Positions 41,185 through 61,000 of a stretch of DNA of 64,000 nucleotides are shown one piece after another. Made by a program: the position numbers and the translations under genes. Location: positions 68,200,001 to 68,264,000 of the forward strand of contig OZ024741.1 in the NCBI GenBank assembly GCA_964016885.1. Reading direction: 5' to 3'. The notes beneath the pieces were generated by a model that was given only the letters and a program-made list of their open reading frames with translations, was not told the DNA's origin and made no database searches. The DNA comes from Eledone cirrhosa. Lineage: Eukaryota. How positions within the stretch are numbered: position 1 is the first letter of the stretch; each line of letters opens with the position of its first letter.

Positions 41185-42522
41185 AATATCAGGAGGCTGG
41201 ACTGGTGTAAATCCTTGAAAGGTTTATTATACTATGATCATTTCAATGACCGGGTTCCATATGAATCCGGTGATATCATCAGGTATTGGAATATAACAAA
41301 GGAATATGTAAAAAATCATGGGTCCGAAAAATCAGAGACAGAGACAAAGAGGACGACTGACCAACTAGCTGCCTTTACCTCGGCCAGTGGCCTCAAAGTG
41401 GTGGCAACTGAATCTATTATGACCATCCGGTGAGGGGGCGAAGGCTTATAATGCACTACCACGTCTCCGTCAAAGAAAAAGGGGAAGAAAGAAGAAAAAA
41501 AGGAGAAAGAAGTCAGCGTAATGGTCACACTACATTCATGCTAGAAAATGCCGCGAAAAAAATGCTACTCCGAAGAATCTATAATGGGTGTCTGTATGGT
41601 CTAATGTGTGAACCGAAGATTGGAACGTTAAACTTATGTTGCGAGTTATAGGATGAAATTAAATTAAATTAAAAATATTAAATTGCAAAATGATAAATTG
41701 AAAAATAAATTATTAGAAAATTAAAGGTTACGTTAGCGAGATTTATTTAGTGAACTTATATGAAAAAATTTATCTCGATAAGGTATTAGGATGGGATATA
41801 GAGTAAAGATTTCCATTGCGAGTCCCAACCAGCACCCCCCACCACCACCACTACCACCACCAGCATGAGTCAGCCAGTCTCGAGTGGTATCGTCCAGCGA
41901 AAGAAATGGAAATTAATTTTTCAGAATACTCTAGGAACGTAGCTACCTTAGGCCCCGGGAGCGCGAGCGGGAACTCCACCATTTCGACAGGCCATCGTCT
42001 ATAACAAACGAATATTACTAAATCACACATGAGGAGTTTATTTACGTGCCAGAAGAGGCATGATACAGCTGATAGTTATGCCTAAACCTGGAGTTTATAG
42101 GTATAAGTATAATATGGCGGCCAAAAACAGGCGGCGCGGTGGGACCGGGCAAAGCAACCCGCTCCGAGTAATTTCGTTTACCGAGAGAGGAGAAATTTAT
42201 TTTTCCGAGCACTCAAGGAAGGCTGAACTTTCCGAGTGCCCAGCGCGCTGCCGGGAAAAGCCACCACATAAGTCGAAGTTAGCAACCCAATGAAAAGTGC
42301 AAATAGACCATAATTATTTTAAAGTCCCAGTTAGTCCGGGTTATAAGTAGTGTGGTTCTTAGGTGGGTAGGGGGCTATGAAAAGTGCATAATAACCTGAG
42401 TAAGGAAAGTTACAAAAAAATAATAAAAGCAGGATACAAAGATAAAATACAAAGATAAGGATAGAATACATTGATAAAAATACATTAATAAAATAATAAC
42501 AAATTAATAAAGGTAAATAACT

Positions 42523-42530
<8 letters not shown>
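41185..42530 (-). mobile_element. Probable Penelope-like terminal region bounded by (TA)n tracts
   Basis: Hammerhead near the minus-strand 3' end, T-rich minus strand, CpG-rich core with an internal repeat (41900-41940 vs 42185-42225); no RT or GIY-YIG ORF recognised. Confidence 0.4.
41229..41286 (-). ncRNA. Type I hammerhead ribozyme
   Basis: Minus strand: atac-CTGATGA-tatc accgg attcatatggaac ccggt catt-GAAA-tgatca-TA-gtat; palindromic stem III atgatcat; 4-bp stem I. Confidence 0.7.
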
Positions 42531-42591
<61 letters not shown>

Positions 42592-43089
42592 AATCACAAT
42601 TGAATGTATGTGTGAATACAAGTACCAATGTATATAAACAAAAACAAGTCGCTCATGATTCCAATGTGTAGGTGCGGGGTATTGTGATTGGGTGTGTTTA
42701 TATATATCGAGGAGCAAACACTATTTGAGACAAATATTTACAAGAGTTGATTACATTTGGGTGGTTATCTCTATCTGAAATTTTGGCAACCTGTTCAGGT
42801 CACATATACAGGATCAAACCATATAACACAACACCACATCACACACACATGCACATACACCATGCTAATCAACACATCATACACACACCATACCGCGCAC
42901 ACACACATGAACCACACAGCATATGATCACACACGCACACACACACACACACACACTACACCACACCATACCACACAACACATCATCACACACCCAGCAT
43001 ACCATACACCACATTACGCACACACCTTACCATACAACAGATCATTACAGTCACACCCAATACCACATAACATCAAAACACTTCACACA

Positions 43090-46000
43090 CACACCATACT
43101 ACAGAACACAACACCACATCACCCACACCACACACCATACTACAGAACACAACACCACTTCACCCACACCACACACCATACTACAGAACACAACACCACA
43201 TCACCCACACCACACACCATACTACAGAACACAACACCACATCACCCACACCACACACCATACTACAGAACACGACACCACATCACCCACAACACACACC
43301 ATACTACAGAACACGACACCACGTCACCCACACCACACACCATACTACAGAACACAACACCACATAACCCACACCACACACCATACTACAGAACACAACA
43401 CCACGTCACCCACACCACACACCATACTACAGAACACAACACCACATCACCCACAACACACACCATACTACAGAACACAACACCACGTCACCCACACCAC
43501 ACACCATACTACAGAACACAACACCACATCACCCACAACACACACCATACTACAGAACACAACACCACGTCACCCACACCACACACCATACTACAGAACA
43601 CAACACCACATCACCCACAACACACACCATACTACAGAACACAACACCACACCACCCACACCACACACCATACTACAGAACACAACACCACATAACCCAC
43701 ACCACACACCATACTACAGAACACAACACCACGTCACCCACACCACACACCATACTACAGAACACAACACCACATAACCCACACCACACACCATACTACA
43801 GAACACAACACCACGTCACCCACACCACACACCATACTACAGAACACAACACCACATCACCCACACCACACACCATACTACAGAACACAACACCACATCA
43901 CCCACACCACACACCATACTACAGAACACAACACCACGTCACCCACACCACACACCATACTACAGAACACAACACCACATAACCCACACCACACACCATA
44001 CTACAGAACACAACACCACGTCACCCACACCACACACCATACTACAGAACACAGCACCACATAACCCACACCACACACCATACTACAGAACACAACACCA
44101 CGTCACCCACACCACACACCATACTACAGAACACAACACCACGTCACCCACACCACACACCATACTACAGAACACATCACCACATAACCCACACCACACA
44201 CCATACTACAGAACACAACACCACGTCACCCACACCACACACCATACTACAGAACACAACACCACATCACCCACACCACACACCATACTACAGAACACAA
44301 CACCACGTCACCCACACCACACACCATACTACAGAAGACAACACCACATCACCCACACCACACACCATACTACAGAACACAACACCACACCACCCACACC
44401 ACACACCATACTACAGAACACAACACCACATCACCCACAACACACACCATACTACAGAACACAACACCACATAACCCACACCACACACCATACTACAGAA
44501 CACAACACCACATCACCCACACCACACACCATACTACAGAACACAACACCACATCACCCACAACACACACCATACTACAGAACACAACACCACATAACCC
44601 ACACCACACACCATACTACAGAACACAACACCACATCACCCACACCACACACCATACTACAGAACACAACACCACATCACCCACAACACACACCATACTA
44701 CAGAACACAACACCACATAACCCACACCACACACCATACTACAGAACACAACACAACATCACCCACACCACACACCATACTACAGAACACAACACCACAT
44801 CACCCACAACACACACCATACTACAGAACACAACACCACATAACCCACACCACACACCATACTACAGAACACAACACCACATCACCCACAACACACACCA
44901 TACTACAGAACACAACACCACACCACCCACACCACACACCATACTACAGAACACAACACCACATCACCCACAACACACACCATACTACAGAACACAACAC
45001 CACATCACCCACACCACACACCATACTACAGAACACAACACCACATCACCCACACCACACACCATACTACAGAACACAACACCACATAACCCACACCACA
45101 CACCATACTACAGAACACAACACCACGTCACCCACACCACACACCATACTACAGAACACAACACCACATCACCCACACCACACACCATACTACAGAACAC
45201 ATCACCACATCACCCACACCACACACCATACTACAGAACACAACACCACATCTCACAACACACCACACACCATACTACAGAACACAACACCACGTCACCC
45301 ACACCACACACCATACTACAGAACACAACACCACATCTCACAACACACCACACACCATACTACAGAACACAACACCACATCACCCACACCACACACCATA
45401 CTACAGAACACAACACCACACCACCCACACCACACACCATACTACAGAACACAACACCACATCACCAACAACACACACCATACTACAGAACACAACACCA
45501 CACCACCCACACCACACACCATACTACAGAACACAACACCACATCACCCACACCACACACCATACTACAGAACACAACACCACATCTCACAACACACCAC
45601 ACACCATACTACAGAACACAACACCACACCACCCACAACACACACCATACTACAGAACACAACACCACATCTCACAACACACCACACACCATACTACAGA
45701 ACACAACACCACGTCACCCACACCACACACCATACTACAGAACACAACACCACTTCACCCACACCACACACCATACTACAGAACACAACACCACATCTCA
45801 CAACACAACACACACCATACTACAGAACACAACACCACATCTCACAACACACCACACACCATACTACAGAACACAACACCACTTCACCCACACCACACAC
45901 CATACTACAGAACACAACACCACATCTCACAACACAACACACACCATACTACAGAACACAACACCACATCTCACAACACACCACACACCATACTACAGAA

Positions 46001-49000
46001 CACAACACCACTTCACACACACCACACACCATACTACAGAACACAACACCACATCTCACAACACAACACACACCATACTACAGAACACAACACCACATCT
46101 CACAACACACCACACACCATACTACAGAACACAACACCACTTCACCCACACCACACACCATACTACAGAACACAACACCACATCTCACAACACAACACAC
46201 ACCATACTACAGAACACAACACCACATCTCACAACACACCACACACCATACTACAGAACACAACACCACATCACCCACACCACACACCATACTACAGAAC
46301 ACAACACCACACCACCCACACCACACACCATACTACAGAACACAACACCACATCACCCACACCACACACCATACTACAGAACACAACACCACATCACCCA
46401 CACTACACACCATACTACAGAACACAACACCACATAACCCACACCACACACCATACTACAGAACACAACACCACGTCACCCACACCACACACCATACTAC
46501 AGAACACAACACCACATCACCCACACCACACACCATACTACAGAACACATCACCACATCACCCACACCACACACCATACTACAGAACACAACACCACATC
46601 TCACAACACACCACACACCATACTACAGAACACAACACCACGTCACCCACACCACACACCATACTACAGAACACAACACCACATCTCACAACACACCACA
46701 CACCATACTACAGAACACAACACCACATCACCCACACCACACACCATACTACAGAACACAACACCACACCACCCACACCACACACCATACTACAGAACAC
46801 AACACCACATCACCCACACCACACACCATACTACAGAACACAACACCACACCACCCACAACACACACCATACTACAGAACACAACACCACATCTCACAAC
46901 ACACCACACACCATACTACAGAACACAACACCACGTCACCCACACCACACACCATACTACAGAACACAACACCACATCTCACAACACACCACACACCATA
47001 CTACAGAACACAACACCACATCACCCACACCACACACCATACTACAGAACACAACACCACACCACCCACACCACACACCATACTACAGAACACAACATCA
47101 CATCACCCACACCACACACCATACTACAGAACACAACACCACACCCACAACACACACCATACTACAGAACACATCACCACATCACCCACACCACACACCA
47201 TACTACAGAACACAACACCACATCTCACAACACACCACACACCATACTACAGAACACAACACCACATCACCCACACCACACACCATACTACAGAACACAA
47301 CACCACACCACCCACACCACACACCATACTACAGAACACAACACCACATCACCCACACCACACACCATACTACAGAACACAACACCACATCACCAACACC
47401 ACACACCATACTACAGAACACAACACCACACCACCCACACCACACACCATACTACAGAACACAACACCACATCACCCACACCACACACCATACTACAGAA
47501 CACAACACCACATCACCCACACCACACACCATACTACAGAACACAACACCACACCACCCACACCACACACCATACTACAGAACACAACACCACATCACCC
47601 ACACCACACACCATACTACAGAACACAACACCACATCACCCACAACACACACCATACTACAGAACACAACACCACATCACCCACAACACACACCATACTA
47701 CAGAACACAACACCACATCACCCACAACACACACCATACTACAGAACACAACACCACATCACCCACACCACACACCATACTACAGAACACAACACCACAT
47801 CACCCACACCACACACCATACTACAGAACACAACACCACATCACCCACAACACACACCATACTACAGAACACAACACCACATCACCCACAACACACACCA
47901 TACTACAGAACACAACACCACATCACCCACAACACACACCATACTACAGAACACAACACCACATCACCCACACCACACACCATACTACAGAACACAACAC
48001 CACATCTCACAACACACACCATACTACAGAACACAACACCACATCACCCACAACACACACCATACTACAGAACACAACACCACATCACCCACAACACACA
48101 CCATACTACAGAACACAAAACCACATCACCCACACCACACACCATACTACAGAACACAACACCACATCACCCACACCACACACCATACTACAGAACACAA
48201 CACCACATCACCCACACCACACACCATACTACAGAACACAACACCACATCACCACACAACACACCATACTACAGAACACAACACCACATCACCCACAACA
48301 CACACCATACTACAGAACACAACACCACATCACCCACAACACACACCATACTACAGAACACAACACCACATCACCCACACCACACACCATACTACAGAAC
48401 ACAACACCACATCACCCACACCACACACCATACTACAGAACACAACACCACATCACCCACAACACACACCATACTACAGAACACAACACCACATCACCCA
48501 CACCACACACCATACTACAGAACACAACACCACATCACCCACAACACACACCATACTACAGAACACAACACCACATCTCACAACACACCACACACCATAC
48601 TACAGAACACAACACCACTTCACCCACACCACACACCATACTACAGAACATAACACCACATCACCCACAACACACACCATACTACAGAACACAACACCAC
48701 ATCTCACAACACACCACACACCATACTACAGAACACAACACCACTTCACCCACACCACACACCATACTACAGAACATAACACCACACCACCCACACCACA
48801 CACCATACTACAGAACACAACACCACATCACCCACAACACACACCATACTACAGAACACAACACCACATCTCACAACACACCACACACCATACTACAGAA
48901 CACAACACCACATCACCCACACCACACACCATACTACAGAACACAACACCACATCACCCACACCACACACCATACTACAGAACACAACACCACATCACCC

Positions 49001-52000
49001 ACAACACACACCATACTACAGAACACAACACCACATCACCCACAACACACACCATACTACAGAACACAACACCACTTCACCCACACCACACACCATACTA
49101 CAGAACATAACACCACATCACCCACACCACACACCATACTACAGAACACAACACCACTTCACCCACAACACACACCATACTACAGAACACAACACCACAT
49201 CACCCACAACACACACCATACTACAGAAGACAACACCACATCATCCACACCACACACCATACTACAGAACACAACACCACATCACCCACACCACACACCA
49301 TACTACAGAAGACAACACCACACCACCCACACCACACACCATACTACAGAACACAACACCACATCACCCACACCACACACCATACTACAGAACACAACAC
49401 CACATCTCACAACACACCACACACCATACTACAGAACACAACACCACATCACCCACACCACACACCATACTACAGAAGACAACACCACACCACCCACACC
49501 ACACACCATACTACAGAACACAACACCACATCACCCACACCACACACCATACTACAGAACACAACACCACATCTCACAACACACCACACACCATACTACA
49601 GAACACAACACCACATCACCCACACCACACACCATACTACAGAAGACAACACCACATCACCCACACCACACACCATACTACAGAACACAACACCACATCA
49701 CCCACACCACACACCATACTACAGAACACAACACCACATCTCACAACACACCACACACCATACTACAGAACACAACACCACATCACCCACACCACACACC
49801 ATACTACAGAACACAACACCACATCACCCACACCACACACCATACTACAGAACACAACACCACATCTCACACACACACCACACACCATACTACAGAACAC
49901 AACACCACATCACCCACACCACACACCATACTACAGAACACAACACCACATCACCCACACCACACACCATACTACAGAACACAACACCACACCACCCACA
50001 CCACACACCATACTACAGAACACAACACCACATCACCCACACCACACACCATACTACAGAACACAACACCACATCACCCACAACACACACCATACTACAG
50101 AACACAACACCACATCACCCACAACACACACCATACTACAGAACACAACACCACATCACCCACAACACACACCATACTACAGAACACAACACCACATGCA
50201 CCCACACCACACACCATACTACAGAACACAACACCACACCACCCACACACACACCATACTACAGAACACAACACCACATCTCACAACACACCACACACCA
50301 TACTACAGAACACAACACCACATCACCCACACCACACACCATACTACAGAACACAACACCACATCCACACACACCACACACCATACTACAGAACACAACA
50401 CCACATCACCCACACCACACACCATACTACAGAACACAACACCACACCACCACACCACACACCATACTACAGAACACAACACCACATCACCCACACCACA
50501 CACCATACTACAGAACACAACACCACATCACCCACAACACACACCATACTACAGAACACAACACCACATCACCCACACCACACACCATACTACAGAACAC
50601 AACACCACATCACAACACACCACACACCATACTACAGAACACAACACCACATCACCCACACCACACACCATACTACAGAACACAACACCACACCACCCAC
50701 ACCACACACCATACTACAGAACACAACACCACATCACCCACACCACACACCATACTACAGAACACAACACCACATCACCCACACACACACCATACTACAG
50801 AACACAACACCACACCACCCACACCACACACCATACTACAGAACACAACACCACATAACCCACACACACACCATACTACAGAACACAACACCACATCACC
50901 CACACCACACACCATACTACAGAACACAACACCACATCACCCACACCACACACCATACTACAGAACACAACACCACATCACCCACACCACACACCATACT
51001 ACAGAACACAACACCACATCACCCACAACACACACCATACTACAGAACACAACACCACATCACCCACAACACACACCATACTACAGAACACAACACCACA
51101 TCACCCACAACACACACCATACTACAGAACACAACACCACATCACCCACACCACACACCATACTACAGAACACAACACCACATCACCCACACCACACACC
51201 ATACTACAGAACACAACACCACATCACCCACAACACACACCATACTACAGAACACAACACCACATCACCCACAACACACACCATACTACAGAACACAACA
51301 CCACATCACCCACAACACACACCATACTACAGAACACAACACCACATCACCCACACCACACACCATACTACAGAACACAACACCACATCACCACAACACA
51401 CACCATACTACAGAACACAACACCACATCACCCACAACACACACCATACTACAGAACACAACACCACATCACCACAACACACACCATACTACAGAACACA
51501 ACACCACATCACCCACACCACACACCATACTACAGAACACAACACCACATCACCCACACCACACACCATACTACAGAACACAACACCACATCACCCACAC
51601 CACACACCATACTACAGAACACAACACCACATCACCCACAACACACACCATACTACAGAACACAACACCACATCACCCACACCACACACCATACTACAGA
51701 ACACAACACCACATCACCCACAACACACACCATACTACAGAACACAACACCACATCACCCACACCACACACCATACTACAGAACACAACACCACATCACC
51801 CACACCACACACCATACTACAGAACACAACACCACATCACCCACAACACACACCATACTACAGAACACAACACCACATCACCCACACCACACACCATACT
51901 ACAGAACACAACACCACATCACCCACAACACACACCATACTACAGAACACAACACCACATCTCACAACACACCACACACCATACTACAGAACACAACACC

Positions 52001-55000
52001 ACTTCACCCACACCACACACCATACTACAGAACACAACACCACATCACCCACAACACACACCATACTACAGAACACAACACCACATCTCACAACACACCA
52101 CACACCATACTACAGAACACAACACCACATCACCCACACCACACACCATACTACAGAACACAACACCACATCACCCACACCACACACCATACTACAGAAC
52201 ACAACACCACATCACCCACAACACACACCATACTACAGAACACAACACCACATCACAACACACCACACACCATACTACAGAACACAACACCACATCACCC
52301 ACACCACACACCATACTACAGAACACAACACCACATCACCCACACCACACACCATACTACAGAACACAACACCACATCACCCACAACACACACCATACTA
52401 CAGAACACAACACCACATCACCCACACCACACACCATACTACAGAACACAACACCACATCACCCACACCACACACCATACTACAGAACACAACACCACAT
52501 CACCCACACCACACACCATACTACAGAACACAACACCACATCACCCACACCACACACCATACTACAGAACACAACACCACATCACCCACAACACACACCA
52601 TACTACAGAAGACAACACCACATCACCCACACCACACACCATACTACAGAACACAACACCACATCACCCACACCACACACCATACTACAGAAGACAACAC
52701 CACACCACCCACACCACACACCATACTACAGAACACAACACCACATCACCCACACCACACACCATACTACAGAACACAACACCACATCACACACACCACA
52801 CACCATACTACAGAACACAACACCACATCACCCACACCACACACCATACTACAGAAGACAACACCACACACCCACACCACACACCATACTACAGAACACA
52901 ACACCACATCACCCACACCACACACCATACTACAGAACACAACACCACATCTCACAACACACCACACACCATACTACAGAACACAACACCACATCACCCA
53001 CACCACACACCATACTACAGAAGACAACACCACATCACCCACACCACACACCATACTACAGAACACAACACCACATCACCCACACCACACACCATACTAC
53101 AGAACACAACACCACATCTCACACACACCACACACCATACTACAGAACACAACACCACATCACCCACACCACACACCATACTACAGAACACAACACCACA
53201 TCACCACAACACACACCATACTACAGAAACAACACCACATCACCCACACCACACACCATACTACAGAACACAACACCACATCACCCACACCACACACCAT
53301 ACTACAGAACACAACACCACATCACCCACACCACACACCATACTACAGAACACAACACCACATCACCCACACCACACACCATACTACAGAACACAACACC
53401 ACATCACCCACACCACACACCATACTACAGAACACAACACCACATCACCCACACCACACACCATACTACAGAACACAACACCACATCACCCACACCACAC
53501 ACCATACTACAGAACACAACACCACATCACCCACACCACACACCATACTACAGAACACAACACCACATCACCCACACCACACACCATACTACAGAACACA
53601 ACACCACATCACCCACACCACACACCATACTACAGAACACAACACCACATCACCCACACCACACACCATACTACAGAACACAACACCACATCACCCACAC
53701 CACACACCATACTACAGAACACAACACCACATCACCCACACCACACACCATACTACAGAACACAACACCACATCACCCACAACACACACCATACTACAGA
53801 ACACACCACATCACCCACACCACACACCATACTACAGAACACAACACCACATCACCCACACCACACACCATACTACAGAACACAACACCACATCACCCAC
53901 ACCACACACCATACTACAGAACACAACACCACATCACCCACACCACACACCATACTACAGAACACAACACCACATCACCCACAACACACACCATACTACA
54001 GAACACAACACCACATCACCCACACCACACACCATACTACAGAACACAACACCACATCACCCACACCACACACCATACTACAGAACACAACACCACATCA
54101 CCCACAACACACACCATACTACAGAACACAACACCACATCACCCACACCACACACCATACTACAGAAGACAACACCACATCACCCACACCACACACCATA
54201 CTACAGAACACAACACCACATCACCCACACCACACACCATACTACAGAACACAACACCACATCACCCACAACACACACCATACTACAGAAGACAACACCA
54301 CATCACCACACCACACACCATACTACAGAACACAACACCACATCACCCACACCACACACCATACTACAGAACACAACACCACATCACCCACACCACACAC
54401 CATACTACAGAACACAACACCACATCACCCACACCACACACCATACTACAGAAGACAACACCACATCACCCACACCACACACCATACTACAGAACACAAC
54501 ACCACATCACCCACAACACACACCATACTACAGAAACAACACCACATCACCCACACCACACACCATACTACAGAACACAACACCACATCACCCACACCAC
54601 ACACCATACTACAGAACACAACACCACATCACCCACAACACACACCATACTACAGAACACAACACCACATCACCACACCACACACCATACTACAGAACAC
54701 AACACCACATCCACCACACACACACACCATACTACAGAACACAACACCACATCACCCACAACACACACCATACTACAGAACACAACACCACATCACCCAC
54801 ACCACACACCATACTACAGAACACAACACCACATCACCCACACCACACACCATACTACAGAACACAACACCACATCTCACAACACACACCATACTACAGA
54901 ACACAACACCACTTCACCCACACCACACACCATACTACAGAACACAACACCACATCACCCACAACACACACCATACTACAGAACACAACACCACATCTCA

Positions 55001-58000
55001 CAACACAACACACACCATACTACAGAACACAACACCACATCACCCACACACACACCATACNNNNNNNNNNNNNNNNNNNNNNNNNNNNNNNNNNNNNNNN
55101 NNNNNNNNNNNNNNNNNNNNNNNNNNNNNNNNNNNNNNNNNNNNNNNNNNNNNNNNNNNNNNNNNNNNNNNNNNNNNNNNNNNNNNNNNNNNNNNNNNNN
55201 NNNNNNNNNNNNNNNNNNNNNNNNNNNNNNNNNNNNNNNNNNNNNNNNNNNNNNNNNNNNTTCAACACACCACACACCATACTACAGAACACAACACCAC
55301 TTCACCCACACCACACACCATACTACAGAACACAACACCACATCTCACAACACAACACACACCATACTACAGAACACAACACCACATCTCACAACACCAC
55401 ACCACCATACTACAGAACACAACACCACATCACCCACACCACACACCATACTACAGAACACAACACCACATCTCACAACACAACACACACCATACTACAG
55501 AACCACAACACCACATCTCACAACACACCACACACCATACTACAGAACACAACACCACATCACCCACACCACACACCATACTACAGAACACAACACCACC
55601 ACTCACCCACACCACACACCATACTACAGAACACAACACCACATCTCCCACACCACACACCATACTACAGAACACAACACCACATCACCCACCACTCACA
55701 CACCATACTACAGAACACAACACCACAACACCCACACCACACACCATACTACAGAACACAACACCACGTCACCCACACCACACACCATACTACAGAACAA
55801 CACCCCATCACCCACACCACACACCATACTACAGAACACAACACCACATCCACCCACACCACACACCATACTACAGAACACAACACCACAGTCACCCACA
55901 CCACACACCATACTACAGAACACAACACCACATCACCACACACCACACACCATACTACAGAACACAACACCACTTCACCCACACCACACAACCATACTAC
56001 AGAACACAACACCACATCTCACAACACACACCACACACCATACTACAGAACACAACACCACAGTCACCCACACCACACACCATACTACAGAAACACAACA
56101 CCACATGCTCACAACAGCACCACACACCATACTACAGAACACAACACCACATCACCCACACCACACACCATACTACAGAACACAACACCACACCACCCAC
56201 ACCACACACCATACTACAGAACACAACACCACATCACCCACACCACACACCATACTACAGAACACAACACCACCACCCACAACACACACCCATACTACAG
56301 AACACACACCACATCTCAACCAACACACCACACACCATACTACAGAACACAAACACCACATCACACACACCACACACCATACTACAGAACACAACACCAC
56401 ATCACAACACACACACACCATACTACAGAACACAACACCACATCACCCACACCACACACCATACTACAGAACACAACACCACATCCACCCACACCACACA
56501 CCATACTACAGAACACAACACCACATCACCCACACCACACACCATACTACAGAACACAACACCACATCACCACACCACACACCATACACAGAACACAACA
56601 CCACACCACCCACACCACACACCATACTACAGAACACAACACCACATCACACAACACACCACACACCATACTACAGAACACAACACCACATCACCCACAC
56701 CACACACCATACTACAGAACACAACACCACACCACCCACACCACACACCATACTACAGAACACAACACCACATCACCCACACCACACACCATACTACAGA
56801 ACACAACACCACATCACCCACAACACACACCATACTACAGAACACAACACCACATCACCCACACCACACACCATACTACAGAACACAACACCACATCACC
56901 CACACCACACACCATACTACAGAACACAACACCACATCACCCACACCACACACCATACTACAGAACACAACACCACATCACCCACACCACACACCATACT
57001 ACAGAACACAACACCACATCACCCACACCACACACCATACTACAGAACACAACACCACATCACCCACACCACACACCATACTACAGAACACAACACCACA
57101 TCACCCACACCACACACCATACTAACAGAACACAACACCACATCACCCACACCACACACCATACTACAGAACACAACACCACATCTCACACACCACACAC
57201 CATACTACAGAACACAACAACCACATCACCCACAACACACACCATACTACAGAACACAACACCACATCACCCAACACACACACACCATACTACAGAACAC
57301 AACACCACATCACCCACACCACACACCATACTACAGAACACAACACCACATCACCCACACCACACACCATACTACAGAACACAACACCACATCACCCACA
57401 CCACACACCATACTACAGAACACAACACCACATCACCCACACCACACACCATACTACAGAACACAACACCACATCACCCACACCACACACCATACTACAG
57501 AACACAACACCACATCACCCACAACACACACCATACTACAGAACACAACACCACATCACCCACACCACACACCATACTACAGAACACAACACCACATCAC
57601 CCACACCACACACCATACTACAGAACATCACACAACACAACACACATCACCACACCACACACCATACTACAGAACACAACACCACATCACCCACAACCAC
57701 ACCATACTACAGAACACAACACCACATCACACCACCACACACCATACTACAGACACAACACCACATCACCAACACCACACACCATACTACAGAACACAAC
57801 ACCACATCACCCACACCACACACCATACTACAGAACACAACACCACATCACCCACACCACACACCATACTACAGAACACAACACCACATCACCCACACCA
57901 CACACCATACTACAGAACACAACACCACACTCACCCACACCACACACCATACTACAGAACACAACACCACTTCACCCACACCACACACCATACTACAGAA

Positions 58001-61000
58001 CACAACACCACATCTCACAACACACCACACACCATACTACAGAACACAACACCACATCACCCACACCACACACCATACTACAGAACACAACACCACATCT
58101 CACCCACACCACACACCATACTACAGAACACAACACCACATCCACCCACACCACACACCATACTACAGAACACAACACCACATCACCCACACCACACACC
58201 ATACTACAGAACACAACACCACATCACCCACACCACACACCATACTACAGAACACAACACCACATCACCCACACCACACACCATACACAGAACACACACC
58301 ACATCACCCACACTACACACCATACTACAGAACACAACACCACATCACCCACAACACACACCATACTACAGAACCAACACCACATCACCACACCACACAC
58401 CATACTACAGAACACAACACCACTCACCCACACCACACACCATACTACAGAACACAACACCACATCACCCACACCACACACCATACTACAGAACACAACA
58501 CCACATCACCCACACCCACACACCATACTACAGAACACAACACCACATCTCCACACACACACACCATACTACAGAACACAACACCACATCACCCACACCA
58601 CACACCATACTACAGAACACAACACCACATCACCCACACCACACACCATACTACAGAACACAACACCACATCACCCACACCACACACCATACTACAGAAC
58701 ACAACACCACATCACCCACACCACACACCATACTACAGAACACAACACCACATCACCCACACCACACACCATACTACAGAACACAACACCACATCACCCA
58801 CAACACACACCATACTACAGAACACAACACCACATCACCCACACCACACACCATACTACAGAACACAACACCACATCACCCACAACCACACACCATACTA
58901 CAGAACAACACCACACTCACCCACACCACACACCATACTACAGAACACAACACCACATCACCCACACCACACACCATACTACAGAACACAACACCACATC
59001 TCACAACACACCACACACCATACTACAGAACACAACACCACATCACCCACACCACACACCATACTACAGAACACAACACCACATCACCCACACCACACAC
59101 CATACTACAGAACACAACACCACATCACCCACACCACACACCATACTACAGAACACAACACCACATCACCCACACACACACCATACTACAGAACACAACA
59201 CCACATCACCCACAACACACACCATACTACAGAACACAACACCACATCACCCACACACACACCATACTACAGAACACAACACCACATCACCCACACCACA
59301 CACCATACTACAGAACACAACACCACATCACCCACACCACACACCATACTACAGAACACAACACCACATCACCCACACACACACCATACTACAGAACACA
59401 ACACCACATCACACCCACACCAACACACACCATACTACAGAACACAACACCACATCACCCACAACACACACCATACTACAGAACACAACACCACATCACA
59501 ACACACCACACACCATACTACAGAACACAACACCACATCACCCACACACACACCATACTACAGAACACAACACCACATCACCCACACCACACACCATACT
59601 ACAGAACACAACACCACATCACCCACACCACACACCATACTACAGAACACAACACCACATCACCCACAACACACACCATACTACAGAACACAACACCACA
59701 TCACCCACACCACACACCATACTACAGAACACAACACCACAGTCACCCACACCACACACCATACTACAGAACACAACACCACATCTCACAACACACACAC
59801 ACCATACTACAGAACACAACACCACATCACCCACACCACACACCATACTACAGAACACAACACCACATCACCCACACCACACACCATACTACAGAACACA
59901 ACACCACATCACCACACACCACACACCATACTACAGAACACAACACCACATCACCCACAACCACACACCATACTACAGAACACAACACCACATCACCCAC
60001 ACCACACACCATACTACAGAACACAACACCACATTCACCCACACCACACACCATACTACAGAACACAACACCACATCACCCACACCACACACCATACTAC
60101 AGAACACAACACCACATCACCCACACCACACACCATACTACAGAACACAACACCACATCACCCACACCACACACCATACTACAGAACACAACACCACATC
60201 ACCCACACCACACACCATACTACAGAACACAACACCACATCACCCACACCACACACCATACTACAGAACACAACACCACTCACCCACACCACACACCATA
60301 CTACAGAACACAACACCACATCACCCACACCACACACCATACTACAGAACACAACACCACACCACACACACCACACACCATACTACAGAACACAACACCA
60401 CATCACCCACACCACACACCATACTACAGAACACAACACCACATCACCCACAACACACACCATACTACAGAACACAACACCACATCACCCACAACACACA
60501 CCATACTACAGAACACAACACCACATCACCCACAACACACACCATACTACAGAACACAACACCACATCACCCACACCACACACCATACTACAGAACACAA
60601 CACCACATCACCCACACCACACACCATACTACAGAACACAACACCACATCACCCACAACACACACCATACTACAGAACACAACACCACATCACCCACAAC
60701 ACACACCATACTACAGAACACAACACCACATCACCCACAACACACACCATACTACAGAACACAACACCACATCACCCACACCACACACCATACTACAGAA
60801 CACAACACCACATCTCACAACACACCACACACATACTACAGAACACAACACCACATCACCCACACCACACACCATACTACAGAACACAACACCACATCAC
60901 TCACAACACACACCATACTACAGAACACAAAACCACATCACCCACACCACACACCATACTACAGAACACAACACCACATCACCCACACCACACACCATAC

